Assembly (NCBI GenBank): GCA_951406725.2 | Contig: OX597817.1 | Location: forward strand, 56,482,001 to 56,546,000 | Direction of reading: 5' to 3' | Source of the DNA: Octopus vulgaris | Lineage: Eukaryota | DNA length: 64,000 nucleotides | In this document: one piece after another, positions 26,592 through 40,269 of the stretch | Layout of the letters: each line of letters starts with the position of its first letter | Position numbering within the stretch: the stretch's first letter is position 1 | The notes under the pieces: model-generated | Told to the model about the DNA's origin: nothing | Databases searched by the model: none | Seen by the model: only the letters and a program-made list of their open reading frames with translations | Translations under genes and position numbers: made by a program

Positions 26592-27753
26592 GGTGTGAGA
26601 AAATGTTTAAGCAATAATTAATTTAGATAAGATCTACTTCACTCTCTATTTCGTATCTTATCTAAATTAACTATTGCTTAACCATTTTCTCACACCGTCT
26701 CCGATGAAGGGTTATAATAAAAATCCGCTTGTCTCTATGAACTCGGACGCAGCTTTTTACAGCGGACTTTCGTTGTAAGCCTGGGAACAGAAAGCAAGAT
26801 AGGCAGACACGTTTCCCGTTGTCTGAGGCCAATGGTTTTGGTTTTCTTTTTTGTCCTGTAGCAGCGAATAGAGATAACAGATATCTCATGTTCTTTAAGC
26901 ATGACTAGATTGGTCTTTCTCTTTATTAATTGCTTAAGGTGGTTCACAGTGTAAAATTTCTTAGATATATATAATTTAAATCATTTTCAACGTTACTGAA
27001 ATACAATCAACACTCTACCCCGTCAGCAGATTCATATTTAACCCTTTGCATTTTGACCAGATGTGCTAGATGTAAGCCTTTTGTCGCGGGGGCTTTTCAG
27101 AACTACACATGCCGGTATAGTCGGCATTCAAATTAATTTTCTCCTATCTAAAGCGAAGTGAAGAGCTACCATTTCATTTTTCTATTACAATGGCCTCATA
27201 CACTCTACACTTACTCTACAAACATTACACTTATGTACATTACACTTACTCTACAAACGGACATTTCCTCATTGCTTCAGATATACAGTTATCCACGCTT
27301 TCATTATTTTCTTTGCAGAGGGCGTCGAGCGGACAGAGTCGTTGGCGTGTCGGATAAAATGCTTAGCAGCATTTCATCCAGGTCTTTACGCTCTGTGTTC
27401 AAATCCTACCGAAGTATACTTTGCCCTTCATCATTTCGGGGTCTATGAAAGACGTACATGTTGAGCCCTGGAGTTGATATAATCGACTAGCCCCCACCCT
27501 CAAAATTTCAGGACTTGTGCCTATATTGGAAAGGGTTATCATGACCACTTTGAAAAATGCAGTATTTTTCTATTCTGTCCCTTAATTAAATTGTCTTTCT
27601 CCATTTGTAAGGTCTTTCGTAGACCTATTTCCTTTAAAGCTCTTTCTTTCATTTATTTCCACCCACGCACAGATCTTATCTTCAGAAACACACACACACA
27701 CACTCGCACGAATCTATATACATACGTTAACACACATATACACACATATATAC

Positions 27754-27798
<45 letters not shown>

Positions 27799-27812
27799 TA
27801 CATATGTATGTA

Positions 27813-27881
<69 letters not shown>

Positions 27882-28468
27882 ATTTAGGAATGGTCATTTT
27901 GCCAGTTTAGCCAATAAAAACACACGCACTATATATTTGGTGTTACTTTGCTTCAGTGTTATTTATTTTTTACATTAATCTTAATCTTATTTCGGCCAGA
28001 GTTCTTTCGTCACACTCCCGTGACCGCATCAGTGGTCCTTTGTTTTCTTCTTACTTAATTGTGTTTCTCCTTACTAACCGTAAGCCATTTTGTATTTCTA
28101 TTGTATGTCTTCATTTGCGCATGCTTATATCTCTATGTGCGTTTATGTTTATTTAGTGTGTGTATGTGGGGGATGCCTGTAATATTTATATCTTCTGTTT
28201 ATATATGTTCATGTAATTTGTAATTTTTTATATGTTCATGTAATTTGTATTTTGTATTTTTGGTTTTTTTTTGTTTTTTTTAGGTGAACTCTATTCGCGT
28301 ATATCTTTAATAAACACAAAATTTTGCCTCCTGTGAAAATGAACATTTTGTTTACTTTCCCAGGGAAGTTAAAATATGTGATTACTAAAAACACACAGAA
28401 GTAAGGTTTAATTTGTATTTCAAAATTGTATTTATATGTGTATATATTTTTATGCACATATGTAAATA

Positions 28469-28703
28469 TCTATATATATATAAAACTGAGAATGTGTGTC
28501 TGTCTGTCTGTGTATTTCCCTAAAACTTGAGAACTACACAACCAATTTCATTCAAATTTTACACATGTCTTACTTAGGGTCCATGTAGTGTCATGGGCAA
28601 AAAAATGTTTAACTTCTTGCCTAGGGCGAGCCGACAGCTATATCACATCTTCTCCACTATTTCAGTATTACGTGTTAAAAGTGAAACTAAAGCATCTCTC
28701 TAG
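28469..28703 (+). mobile_element. Helitron-like non-autonomous element
   Basis: A|TC start with tatatatataaaac...(gtct)n and accaatttcattcaaattttacac, like 10666; CTAG|T end. Confidence 0.45.
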
Positions 28704-28714
28704 TGTATGTATAT

Positions 28715-28761
<47 letters not shown>

Positions 28762-28771
28762 CGCATGTGAA

Positions 28772-29109
28772 GGCGCATGGCTCAGTGGTTAGAGCGTCGA
28801 GCTTACGATCGTGAGGTTGTGAGCTCGAATCCCAGACCGGGCTGCGTGTTGTGTTCTTGAGCAAGGTACTTTATTTCACGTTGTTCCAGTTCACTCAGCT
28901 GTAGAAATGAGTTGCGACGTCACTGGTGCCAAGCTGTATCGGCCCCTTTGCCTTTCCCTTGGACAACATCGGTGGCGTGGAGAGGGGAGGCTGGTATGCA
29001 TGGGCGACTGCTGGTCTTCCATAAAACAACCTTGCCCAGACTTGTGCCTCAGAGGGTAACTTTCTAGGTGCAATCCCATGGTCATTCATGACCGAAGGGG
29101 GTCTTTACC

Positions 29110-29112
<3 letters not shown>
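28772..29112 (+). mobile_element. tRNA-derived SINE family C, full length
   Basis: ggcgcatggctcagtggttagagcg...gagctcgaatccc (A/B boxes); inverted partial copy at 49306-49480, related variant at 43100-43410. Confidence 0.85.
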
Positions 29113-29170
<58 letters not shown>

Positions 29171-29766
29171 CATGTATATGCAAACATGTATATGTAAACA
29201 TGTATATATAGATGTACATGTAACATATACACATATATATATACATATATATACACATATATATATATGCATACATATATACACCCATACACACATACAC
29301 ACACTCACACACACACATACATAAGTGCAGGTGTGGCTGTGTGGTAACAAACTTGGTTCTAAAACATATGGTCCTCAGTTCAGTCCCATTGTGTTGTAAC
29401 TTGGCATGTGTCTTCTGCTATAGCCTGAGACCAACCAAAGCCTTGTCAGTGGATTTTGTTGACAGAAACTGAAAGAAATCAATTGTATGTATATGTATGT
29501 ATATATGTAAGTCTATGTGTGTGTATTCGTGTTTCTCCCTCATTACTGCTTCACAACTGGTGTTCGTTTATTTACATCCCCATAACTTACTGGTTTCACA
29601 AAAGGAAACTGATAGAATAAGTACCAGGCTTATCAAAATATAAAACAGCACTACGAAGTGTCTCATATTTTTGTTTGCCCACTCAGTTGTATCTATCAAT
29701 TTATCTTTGTGTGTGTATGTGTATGTGTGTGTGTATGTGTATGTGTGTGTGTGTATGTGTGTGTGT

Positions 29767-29858
<92 letters not shown>

Positions 29859-30229
29859 CATAGTTCTTGAACCGGTACTTCAAGTAACGACTAGGGTAGG
29901 GTAACTGACTGCTTATTGTGATCATTTGTCTTTTGGTTTCCTGTAGCTTTGCTCTCATTTACAAACCCAGTGAACATATATTTCCTATTTCAAAGAAATT
30001 CAAACAATAGAAATAACACCCAAGTTAAAAAGATTTTCAACAATTCAACTTCTCTGCTTGACATTAAGATGCCCACCCCATACAGGGGCCTTAACTCTCA
30101 CATTTTAGAGCTCCATGACCTTCATTTTTCAGGAGCAAAATCTTTTTAACAGGTTCAATAACACTGGAATTTTGGAATATGCGCATAAAAATCGGTAGTA
30201 TGGGATACATGTGGCACGATTACAAATTT

Positions 30230-30376
30230 TTTAGGGTGTGTAAAGAGGGAAATAACCCACATCTGCAATTTTAATGAAATTCGAAACATAGATATTCCAG
30301 TTCATTACAGAAAATATAACGGAAAAGTCTAATTCGTCAATTGAATGTAACCGTGCAACGCCGAGTATCTCTGCTA

Positions 30377-30377
<1 letters not shown>
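30230..30377 (+). mobile_element. Helitron-like 3' end
   Basis: ccgtgcaacgccgagtatctctgCTAG|T, similar to the 11048 and 37412 ends; 5' boundary uncertain. Confidence 0.45.
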
Positions 30378-30436
<59 letters not shown>

Positions 30437-30752
30437 GTGTGTGTATATATATACACAAATATATATGTGTACACAGAAGGGTAGTGTATATGTGTGTTTA
30501 TGTTGGCTTTTGTGTATATGTTGTTATGTAGGGGGATAGGGTTGGTTTATGGATGAATTTAATTGAATTCTTTGTCTCTTTGGACTGTTGCAGTACAAAG
30601 AGTTCACTCACACACAGAAATAACGTTCTCGTGCGAATCGAAGTCACGTGGGTGGATGTATGTTTACAGATGTAGATATATTGATTGATAAATAGACAGA
30701 CAGACTGCCAGACAGACAGGCTGACAGACAGACAAGTAGTTAAGTAGGTCGG

Positions 30753-30828
<76 letters not shown>

Positions 30829-30840
30829 AAGATAGATAGA

Positions 30841-32574
30841 TTTCTTTATTAGCCACACAGGGCTGCACACAGTCAGGGCAAATTACAAGGTAGAGCTTTT
30901 CTTTTGGGGGTAAAAAATAGGGGGTTTGGTTCTCGATCAAAAGGGATCGTAAAAGGAAAGAACGAGGACAAAAAGGGGGGGGGGATAAAACATTTTTTTA
31001 AAGGGGGAGAGGGAGGGAAAGGAAAAAAATTGATCAATAGGGATCGTTATCACAGAAATGTCAATATGAAGTGTAAAGGCGAGAACAGGTGAGGTTTACC
31101 CGTGGAAAGAAAAGCCTACGGAAAAGACCACGGTAACCTCGGTCAATGAAGTCACAAGTTATATTTCTTTTTTTTTTTTTTTTTTTGCAAATAAGCAACT
31201 CTCTGTATTAATTTTTACGGTTCATAGAATCATAGTCAAGGTGGCTTCGTCATTCATACGTGCCATCCTTGCTACATTCACCCATCTTTTTTTAAAACAT
31301 TCACTAGACAAAACTTGCCTCTCTACTCTCACTTTCCTCTTCAAGTGAAGAAGTTGATGAGATATTGACCAGAGGGGAAAGTGTTTGTCTCTAATCCTTT
31401 CAGGCGCGTCCACCAGATACATTCTTTCGCCATAGCCACAAGGATGATAAAAATAGCTCTTCCTTCCCGTTTGAAGGGAGGAGGCGTAACGATATTAACG
31501 ATAGACTCGGCTGATAAACCGATACGTCCCACACGTGACAGCAGTCGTTCGACATAAGCCCACAGGTCGGAGATTGTTGGACACTGCACGATTGCGCGCA
31601 GAGCTGTTTCGTCGCTCTGCCCGCATCTGGGGCAGGTCGGCCCCGTGTTTCTCGAGCCATGCCTATAGAGCTTATCCCGAACGGGTAGCGCTTCTCGGTA
31701 GCACCGCCAGGCCAGGGATCTCTGGAAGTTGTCCATAGATCCCGGGCCGAAAGTCGTTTGAAACAGGCGGGTCAGGTATTCCTCGTCGACGCCCAGGTTT
31801 GCCCCAAGATCGTCGTCGTACCTCCCCTCCACTAATCCCCTATAGAATGCTTTGGTTGTGTTGAAGTCACTCAAGGTCGACCCGGGACGGCAGAGTTGCT
31901 TGAGAGCAACGCGACACTCGCGATGCCATTCGCCCTTCCTCGGCCTCTTTTTGATCCACGACTGCAGTTCGGTCATGGAGACGAGCTGCGGGAACGCGTG
32001 CCTCACAAACGGCGACCACACCTGTTCACCATCGTCTACATAGAGCCGCAGATGTCGCAGTCTCAGCGCGTGTCTGCGCATCATCAACCATGGCATGCCC
32101 AGCCCTCCTTTTAACGGGTGTTGACAGCAAATGGATCGCCCAGCCATCGGGACGCATCCTTTCCACAAGAAGCTGAAGAGAATGCGTTCTAGTTTGGTGA
32201 TGGTAGGGTCGGGACAAGGTACGACGGTCAGGCGGTAGTAGATGACGGACGTGATGTACGTGTTCGCCACCTCCGCCCGACCTTTTAGGGACAGTTTCCT
32301 CTCGGCCCATTGCCGGGCGAGAGTGACCACCCTACTCGTTATCTCGTTTCAGTTCTTCTCCATTTGGAGGTCCGGACCCCGAGAGCAACTCAACCGGGCC
32401 GTCGGTCCAGCGTCCCACGACGGAGGTACTGGTGGACGGCATGGGCCTGCTTCTCCAGGTGCCGAGCCGCAAGCCCACTGACTTTTCCCGGTTGATTTTT
32501 GCTCTTGTCACCGCTTCGTAGTCTTTCAGTGTCTCGCCGACCAGCTCGTTCTGCTCGTGGCTTGACACTATGAC
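30841..32574 (-). mobile_element. 5'-truncated L1/Tx1-clade LINE (RT C-terminal part, zinc-binding C-terminal region, 3' UTR)
   Basis: VIVSS...[20 protein letters not shown] (post-YADD RT); ORF 31341-32330 LSLKGRAEVAN...KGGLGMP...CPRCGQSDETALRAIVQC; AATAAA close to the 3' end; frameshifts. Confidence 0.92.
31341..32330 (-). pseudogene. LINE ORF2 remnant (329 aa open segment)
   Basis: L1/Tx1-type C-terminal motifs; part of the truncated element. Confidence 0.85.
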
Positions 32575-32655
<81 letters not shown>

Positions 32656-32723
32656 CTTGCAGCTAGATAGGTAGGTAGGTAGGTAGGTAGGTAGGTAGGT
32701 AGGTAGGTAGGTAGGTAGGCAGG

Positions 32724-32815
<92 letters not shown>

Positions 32816-33014
32816 CAGACAGACAAACAGACAGACGAACAGAAAGACGAACAGACAGTCCGACAATCAATGAAGCAGACCAATAGTTAGATGCATAGAG
32901 AGACAAAGACAGACCGACAGAGAGATACACGTATCTCTTTATATGTCTATTTTTATAACTTTGTGTGAGCGCGCGTGTGCGCGTGTGCGTGTGTGCGCGT
33001 GTGTGCGCGTGTAT

Positions 33015-33047
<33 letters not shown>

Positions 33048-33174
33048 AGTGAGTGTGCGTGTGGGCGTATGAACTTCATGTACTTTAGTAATTCCAAAGC
33101 ACAGAATGCAATTTAAATTTAGACTGTGTTGTACTTGGCAATGCCAGTCAATTGACACAACATCGACTAATAAC

Positions 33175-33235
<61 letters not shown>

Positions 33236-33385
33236 GCAACAACAACATCCCCGTCGTGACAAAGGCAACAAGAACAACAACAACAATAACAACAACAAAC
33301 AGAGCAGCAGCAGCTAAAGCCAAAAGTAAGAATCACGAAGAGGCACGCCAACAAAATGGACGAACATAACACCATATATATATAT

Positions 33386-33432
<47 letters not shown>

Positions 33433-34053
33433 TGTATGTATGTATGTATGTATATATATTTACGTGTGTGTGTATGTATATATATACGTGTGTGTGTGTG
33501 TGTAGATTGTATTTTGGATTTAAATGACAGCTTTACAGCTAAGAATTCCTCAGCAATGTCTTCGGGAATTATAATGGCCGATCTGATAACGCTCACCCTC
33601 CCTTTAACACGCCAAGATTCCACTCTCTTTATGGCGTCTTCATGTCTTAAAGACTCGGTTCTTTGAAAACTCATTGATAAACCACAGTCGCCGTGGTCGT
33701 CATCTCCCAGTCACCGTCGCGGTAAATGTTGTTGTTCACACTGTTAATGGTGGTGGTTGTGGAGGCGGCGGCAGTGGTGGTGGTGTTGGTGGTTGCGGTG
33801 GTGGTGGTTTCGGTATTAGTTGTTGATGTATTTGTTGTTGTTGCTGTCATCATTGTCGTCGTTGTTGTTGCTTTTAGGGAGGATGGGGCGGAGTGAGGTG
33901 GGGGAGGGTTGTGTGTGCTCTAAGAAGTGGGCGGAGTTACGATGTTGTACAAAAAAAAAAAAGGACATAGCAGTGACAGAGAAAGAGAGAGTATGAGATG
34001 CAGGGAAAAGAAAAAGATGGCGATAAGATTGCACGCATGCGCCTATGTGAGAG

Positions 34054-34088
<35 letters not shown>

Positions 34089-34417
34089 GTATGTATGTGT
34101 GTGTATGTATGTATGTACGTATGTATGTATGTATGTATGTATGTATGTATGTATGTATGTATGTATGTATGTATGCATGTATGTATGTATGTATGTATGT
34201 ATGTATGTATATATGTATGTATATGTGTGTATGTATGTATACAGGTGGGCTGGTGTGCGTGTGGAAGTAAATGTATGCGTGATTGCTTGGAAGTATGTTA
34301 GATGGTGCGTGTGTTTCAGTGCGCATGTGCGATTGATGCCAAAATCGTTAGCCACAGAACAAAGATGCACCACTATGTTATATGTAGGTGGGTGTATTAT
34401 ATGTTTACGCGATTTAT

Positions 34418-34450
<33 letters not shown>

Positions 34451-34880
34451 TACGGACATACATATGTGTGTATTTACATATTCATGTATGTAGGTATATC
34501 TGTATGTACGTATCTGTGTATGTATGTATGTATGTATGTATGTATGTATGTATGCATGCAGGCATCCATGACTATAAGTATAGTTTCACAAATATATTAC
34601 ATTTCCCGAAATGGGGAGAAACAGCTTCTAGTTTCGATTCCAAGCCACAGCCTAGGCTCTTTCCATGTGGCATGTCTCACCATGATGAAAATATTCCACC
34701 GTTATGTTTCCTAGAATTGTGCCATCAGTCAATAGTTTTCATTGGCTGTGAAGCATCCCCCGTCAGTCCAGAGTTACCTCTCTTGTATCTGATACTGGTG
34801 AGAGCGAAGTGTTCGAAACGTTCTTAATTAGTTTCAAGCGAGATTTTTTTCGCTCCACGACAAACTGTTGTGAAAAGCCT

Positions 34881-34966
34881 TTTGTGGGGTCCAAATATCG
34901 CTCAAAGTTGTTTTTCGGGTCCAAATAACTCTCAAAGCTTTTTTTCGGGTCCAAATATCTCTCAAA
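34881..34966. repeat. 30-bp tandem repeat x3
   Basis: ttt..gggtccaaata...ctcaaa at a 30-bp period. Confidence 0.85.
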
Positions 34967-35137
34967 AATATTTGGACTTGTGTATTTGGGTGAACTGTCT
35001 ACATGTATCGTTAATGTAAGTCTCAGACAGAAATACAGCGACAAAATATATGACATGACTGTACTGTGTTGAAATACAAGTGCAGTCAACAATGCAGACC
35101 TTTTGCACATCTACCTCATGATACAGCTCGTGCTGAG

Positions 35138-35390
35138 AGGCGGCGAGCTGGCAGAAAAGTTAGCATTCCGAGCGAAATGCTTGCCGGTATTTCGTCTGCC
35201 GCTACGTTCTGAAATCAAATTCCGCCATGGTCGACTTTGCTTTTCATCCTTTCGGGGTCGATTAAATAATTACCAGTTACGTACTGGGGTCGATGTAGGC
35301 TTACAACAAAGAAATACGTCCCGGGGTCGATTCGTTCGACTAAAGGCGGTACTCCAGCAAGGCCGCAGGCAAATGACTGAAACAAATAAA
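35138..35390 (+). mobile_element. SINE family B head/body joined to a family A tail
   Basis: ggcggcgagctggcagaaa...ggggtcgattaaataattaccag then ggcttacaacaaagaaatacgtcccggggtcg...aaatgactgaaac. Confidence 0.7.
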
Positions 35391-35439
35391 ACAATAAAAC
35401 AATAAAATAATATGATGTGCGTGTGTGTGGTGTGGGTAT

Positions 35440-35479
<40 letters not shown>

Positions 35480-36274
35480 ATGAATGCGAGTGTGTATGTG
35501 CGCGTGTGTGTGTTTGTATGAATGTGAGTGTGTATGTGTATTTGTTTGTGTGAGCGAAAGAGAGAGAGAGAAACAATGTCCTGTTTCGCCAAATTGCAGG
35601 AAAAACCCTAAATACAATCCCATTTGTGTCGTTGTCAATGTTGACTTCCGCCGCCATCTTTGTGTGTCGGAGTTGCGCAGAGAACACGAATATTCTTTGC
35701 GTTAGATAACCATTGCTCCCTCACCAACAAAGAATGGTAAAATTATCATTAATATTAAGCTTATTCCATAAATATAATCAGAGATTACAATTGGAAACTA
35801 ATTGTTCTGCAATATTGCAGCATTTGTTGTTGATATACAGTTAGATGCACAACGATATGCGCTGAGCAGATGGCGGAATAATTGAAGAATGAACAAAATA
35901 TGGTCAGGCACAAGCGACATTTCACCAGTACACATCCTGTATATTATTGACTTTTAAATCCTTTCCAAGCAACAGACCCTTTTTTACCTTCTCTGGCTCT
36001 CGGCTGTCCCTGGAACTTCTTATCTTATTAATTCTCTAACCACCAGAATTCATTCCTTTCTCCTCCTCCTCCTCCTCCTCCTCCTCCTCCTCTCACTGCT
36101 TATTTCTCTTCATATTCAACCTATCATTTATAAAAGACTTAATCTTTTTTTTACTCACACATTCTCCACTGGTAAATACTAAGCTTCTGTCGTGAGAAGT
36201 TGTATACATAATTTGTTTGTTTTGTTTTTTTTTTCTAATTTATTTACTGAAGCTGACGTTTTATATATATATTT

Positions 36275-36463
36275 AAAGGTGTCGTGAAAGGCCTGACTGG
36301 AACCCCAACCTTCCGTGGTCTTTTACAGGTCTTAGAAAAACTGAAAGACCACTGCAATAAGTCTGTAAATTTGAGAAGGGAATATGTTGAATAAAATCAT
36401 AATTAATTGATCCTCCTGTATTTTCATTTACCCAAAACTGGGAAGTTTTCAGCGTCCCCTAGT
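36275..36463 (+). mobile_element. mariner 3' end remnant
   Basis: GLEKLKDHCNKSVNLRREYVE* (mariner C-terminus) followed by TIR-like aagttttcagcgtcccctag|TA. Confidence 0.6.
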
Positions 36464-36962
36464 AGAAAAGTGCATCTTTCTTAGATGGCCTTTTTGTTTA
36501 TTGGCTGAAAATTGTTCTAAAATCTATAAATACTTCATATGTAGACTATTCCATAGACATGAAAGGGGAAAAACAGAATTGAAAGAACTATTTTCCTCAG
36601 ACGACTTTTCCAGGCTGCTTTGTATACAATATTAACCTACATTATTGCAGGCATATGCTTCCATATTTATTCCAGTTGGTTCCACCTTAAGGTATTCCCG
36701 CTCAACAAAATCTAAGTCGCTTTCTTATTGATTACTGATGTCTTATACTGTATTTCTAGATTGTCTGTCATTGGTAATTTAAATTTCTAATCTAGTATGG
36801 TTAGTGTTAGTACAAGTAACAAATTTAAGCAAGACCTGGATATTTTCTGTTATATTGATTACAAAACTTGGAACAAAGCCAGCAATTGCGAGAAATAAGG
36901 TAAGTCAATTACATCGCATCCGGTGTTCCATATATACATACACACACACACACATATATATA

Positions 36963-37014
<52 letters not shown>

Positions 37015-37017
<3 letters not shown>

Positions 37018-37412
37018 TTATATATAAAAGTCAAGTTGTGTGTCTGTCTCCTACGATTTAGATTCCTAACTACTCCCACATTTTGCGGTGCAGTTTAACC
37101 AAAACCGGGTATCTTATAGTCGTGATTCATATCGAGCCCTTCTGGATATTAGCGCGCGTCTACGATGGGTCTACGATTTTTTAAAATAATTACCATCATT
37201 TTTTTCCATTTTAATGCATTTTTTCGCTATTAAAAAAAGGGAAGTAACTCTCTAAAAATGTCTACGATGAGTCAACGATTTAAAAAAAAATTTACCATCG
37301 TTTTTTTTCCATTTTTAATGCATTTTTTGCTATTTTTTGGCTATAACTCTCTAAAAATGCTTATATAGTTATTTCCCTTACAAACCCGAGCAACGCCGGG
37401 CGATACTGCTAG
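37015..37412 (+). mobile_element. Non-autonomous Helitron-like element with an internal ~100-bp duplication
   Basis: A|TC...cccgagcaacgccgggcgatactgCTAG|T; tctacgat...taccatc...ttaatgcatttttt block repeated. Confidence 0.72.
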
Positions 37413-37540
37413 TATATATATAATACAGTGTACATTTAATCACATTAAGAGGTATCCATCATAGAACTCCTTTACGCTAGAAGAAACAGCTAAAGTCCAA
37501 ACCACTAATTAGGGATAAAATCTCGAAGGGAATGAAAGAT

Positions 37541-37790
37541 AAAAACATTTACCATCTATTTCCTGGACCATGGTTTCTGACTTTTTTTTAGCAAGCAAAT
37601 AATTTGCCATGCGAAGTCTTCGTCAACAGGTATACCAAGATTAAGCATATAAGGACGAGGCCAATCCAGCATGTGCCTCTTGCTTATACATATTGACGTA
37701 CCTGTTGACGAAAACATCGCCTGGGAAATTATTTTATTTGCTAACAAATGTCTGAAACCATGGTCCAGGAAATAGATGGTAAATGTTTTT
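37541..37790. repeat. 250-bp fold-back hairpin
   Basis: 37-bp perfect outer arms plus a long imperfect inner stem (cgtcaacaggta/tacctgttgacg). Confidence 0.88.
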
Positions 37791-37857
37791 TTATTATGAG
37801 AACGGGAACCAAGGGATAAGCACCGATTTCCCGAGAAATACCAGGTACGTCAGCTAG

Positions 37858-37907
<50 letters not shown>

Positions 37908-37952
37908 TATATATCCATACATATATGTATGTATAAATATATATCCATATAT

Positions 37953-38038
<86 letters not shown>

Positions 38039-39738
38039 AATCCAAACGGGAAACAAAAAACAACAACAATGGAACAATTACAGTATTATTATTAATAGGC
38101 GCTCAGGAAATGTACATATATATCCATACATATATGTATGTATATATATGATTGAAAGTGTCATAAACTCCCACTTTGCTAGAAATAAGAGCTAGCAATG
38201 TCGGTGTTCATAACATCCTCGGTCATATTGAATAACTGTTATAGTTCTCCTTGTTGGTATGCATTTGTAATTGCTACCCAAATAACTTATAAATAGAGAT
38301 AGACAGACAGATAGACAGAAAGAAAAAAGGAAAGAAAGAAAGAAGGAAGGAAGGAAGGAAGGAAAGGAAGACTATGTATGTATATATGTCTATGTGTGTG
38401 TATGCATGAACATACACCTATGCACCACACACACATACACACACGCGTGCAGACACACACTTACAACAACATCACAATGTTTGACATGATACAGGATTTT
38501 CTGTGAGGATATTTTGACTTGATGTCAGCCATGACAGAAAATGGCGACAGATGTGAAGAATTCTAAAAACGAAAAAATGGCGATTTAATGAAACGGATAT
38601 ACAATGCAAAATGGAGGAAATAGGTCCTGGAGTGGGTGCGGTTGTTAATGGTGATGGCGGTGGTAATGGTGATGACGGTGGTGGTGGTGGTGGTGGTGGT
38701 GGTGGTGGTGGTGGTGGTGATGGTGGTGGTGGTGGTGGCGGTGGTGGTGGTGGTGATGATGGTGGCGGTCGCGGTGGTGGAGGTGTTTAAATGGTCATTT
38801 TGATGATGAAAATACTGGGAAGGGGCCGGAAGTAGCAGAGTGCAAATGGCTTGGTGTCGCTTGGAACACGTGATGTGTTGAGCAGAGCAGGAAGTATGTT
38901 CCGGGTGCACAGAAAGTTGAGATTTCAACGAATGATGATGATGATGATGACGACGACAACGACGACGACAATGACGATAATGATGACGATGATGACGATG
39001 GTGACAACGGCGATGAAGATGAAGATCATGATGATGATGATGGCGACGATGATGATGATGATGATGATGATGATGACGATGATGATGATGATGATGATGA
39101 TGATTACGATGATGACGACGATGATGACGATGATGATGATGATGATGACAACGGCGATGAGGATGAAGATGAAGATGATGACGATGAAGATGATGATGAT
39201 GACCATGATGATGATGATGACAACGGCGATGAGGATGAAGATGATGATGACGATGATGATGATGAGGATAATGATGATGATGATGATGATGATGTTCGCT
39301 GTCCGTGGTGGCGGCAGTGATGGGGTGGAGATGATGGTTTTAGTGGTAACGCTAATAGCAATCATAGTGTTGCTGATAGGATAACTAGTTAGGTGGGGAT
39401 GGGTTGAGGGTGATCATAGCGTCGGTAGTGGTGGTGGTGGCGGGGGCTTCTGATAGTAATGGTTCTGGTGTTGTTAGTGCAGGTGGCGGATTCCATTGTG
39501 ATGAAGGGAGTGCTGGTGGCGGTGGTTAACCAATCTAGTGGCAGTGATGGTAGTGGTGGCGGTGGCGGTGGCGGGATAGTTGCTATGTGCATTGGTGATG
39601 GTGGTGGTCGTGGTGGTCGTGGTGTTCTGTTGGTAGTGGTGGGGGCTGGAACAGGGTGTCAACTGCCATTATCTGTAAATGGTTTCCAGAGAAGTGTGGA
39701 GAGAAGGGTTTTGAGCAGGATGGAAATTAGAGAGAGGA

Positions 39739-39775
<37 letters not shown>

Positions 39776-39926
39776 GGGGATAGAGACAAAGTATAGGAAG
39801 AGAGAAAGGCAGAGAATGAGAGAAAGAGAGAGAGGGTGGTGAGAAAGCTGGGGGAAGGGTGAGGGAGAAGTTGATGGCTATAAAGTAGGAAAGGGAAGCT
39901 GCGTGCTTATGTGCATGCTCACTTGT

Positions 39927-39982
<56 letters not shown>

Positions 39983-40226
39983 GCGCGTTTATGTAATGTG
40001 TTTATGTGTGTTTAGGTTTGTGTTTGTGTGTCTGATGTGTTTAAATAGAAACTTGAATACGTGTTGTGTGTGTGTTTAGTTGTGTGTGTGTGTGTGTGTT
40101 GGGTTTATCTATGTGAATGCGTGTAAGTAAATGCGTGTGTATGTGTGTACGTGTGTATATGTCCTTATTTTATATATATGAATATGTGCGTGAGTGTGTG
40201 CACACGTATGTTTATATACGTTTCTC

Positions 40227-40269
<43 letters not shown>

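Noticed and set aside
27975-28040. Minus-strand CTGATGC...GGCC-GAAA hammerhead-like core
   Set aside because: A9 is replaced and no cleavage-site/stem I strand was found nearby; at most a decayed or differently arranged motif.
34881-34966. CRISPR-like or coding repeat (FERYLDPKK)
   Set aside because: Contiguous 30-bp tandem units without spacers, in a eukaryotic context; the ORF is otherwise featureless.
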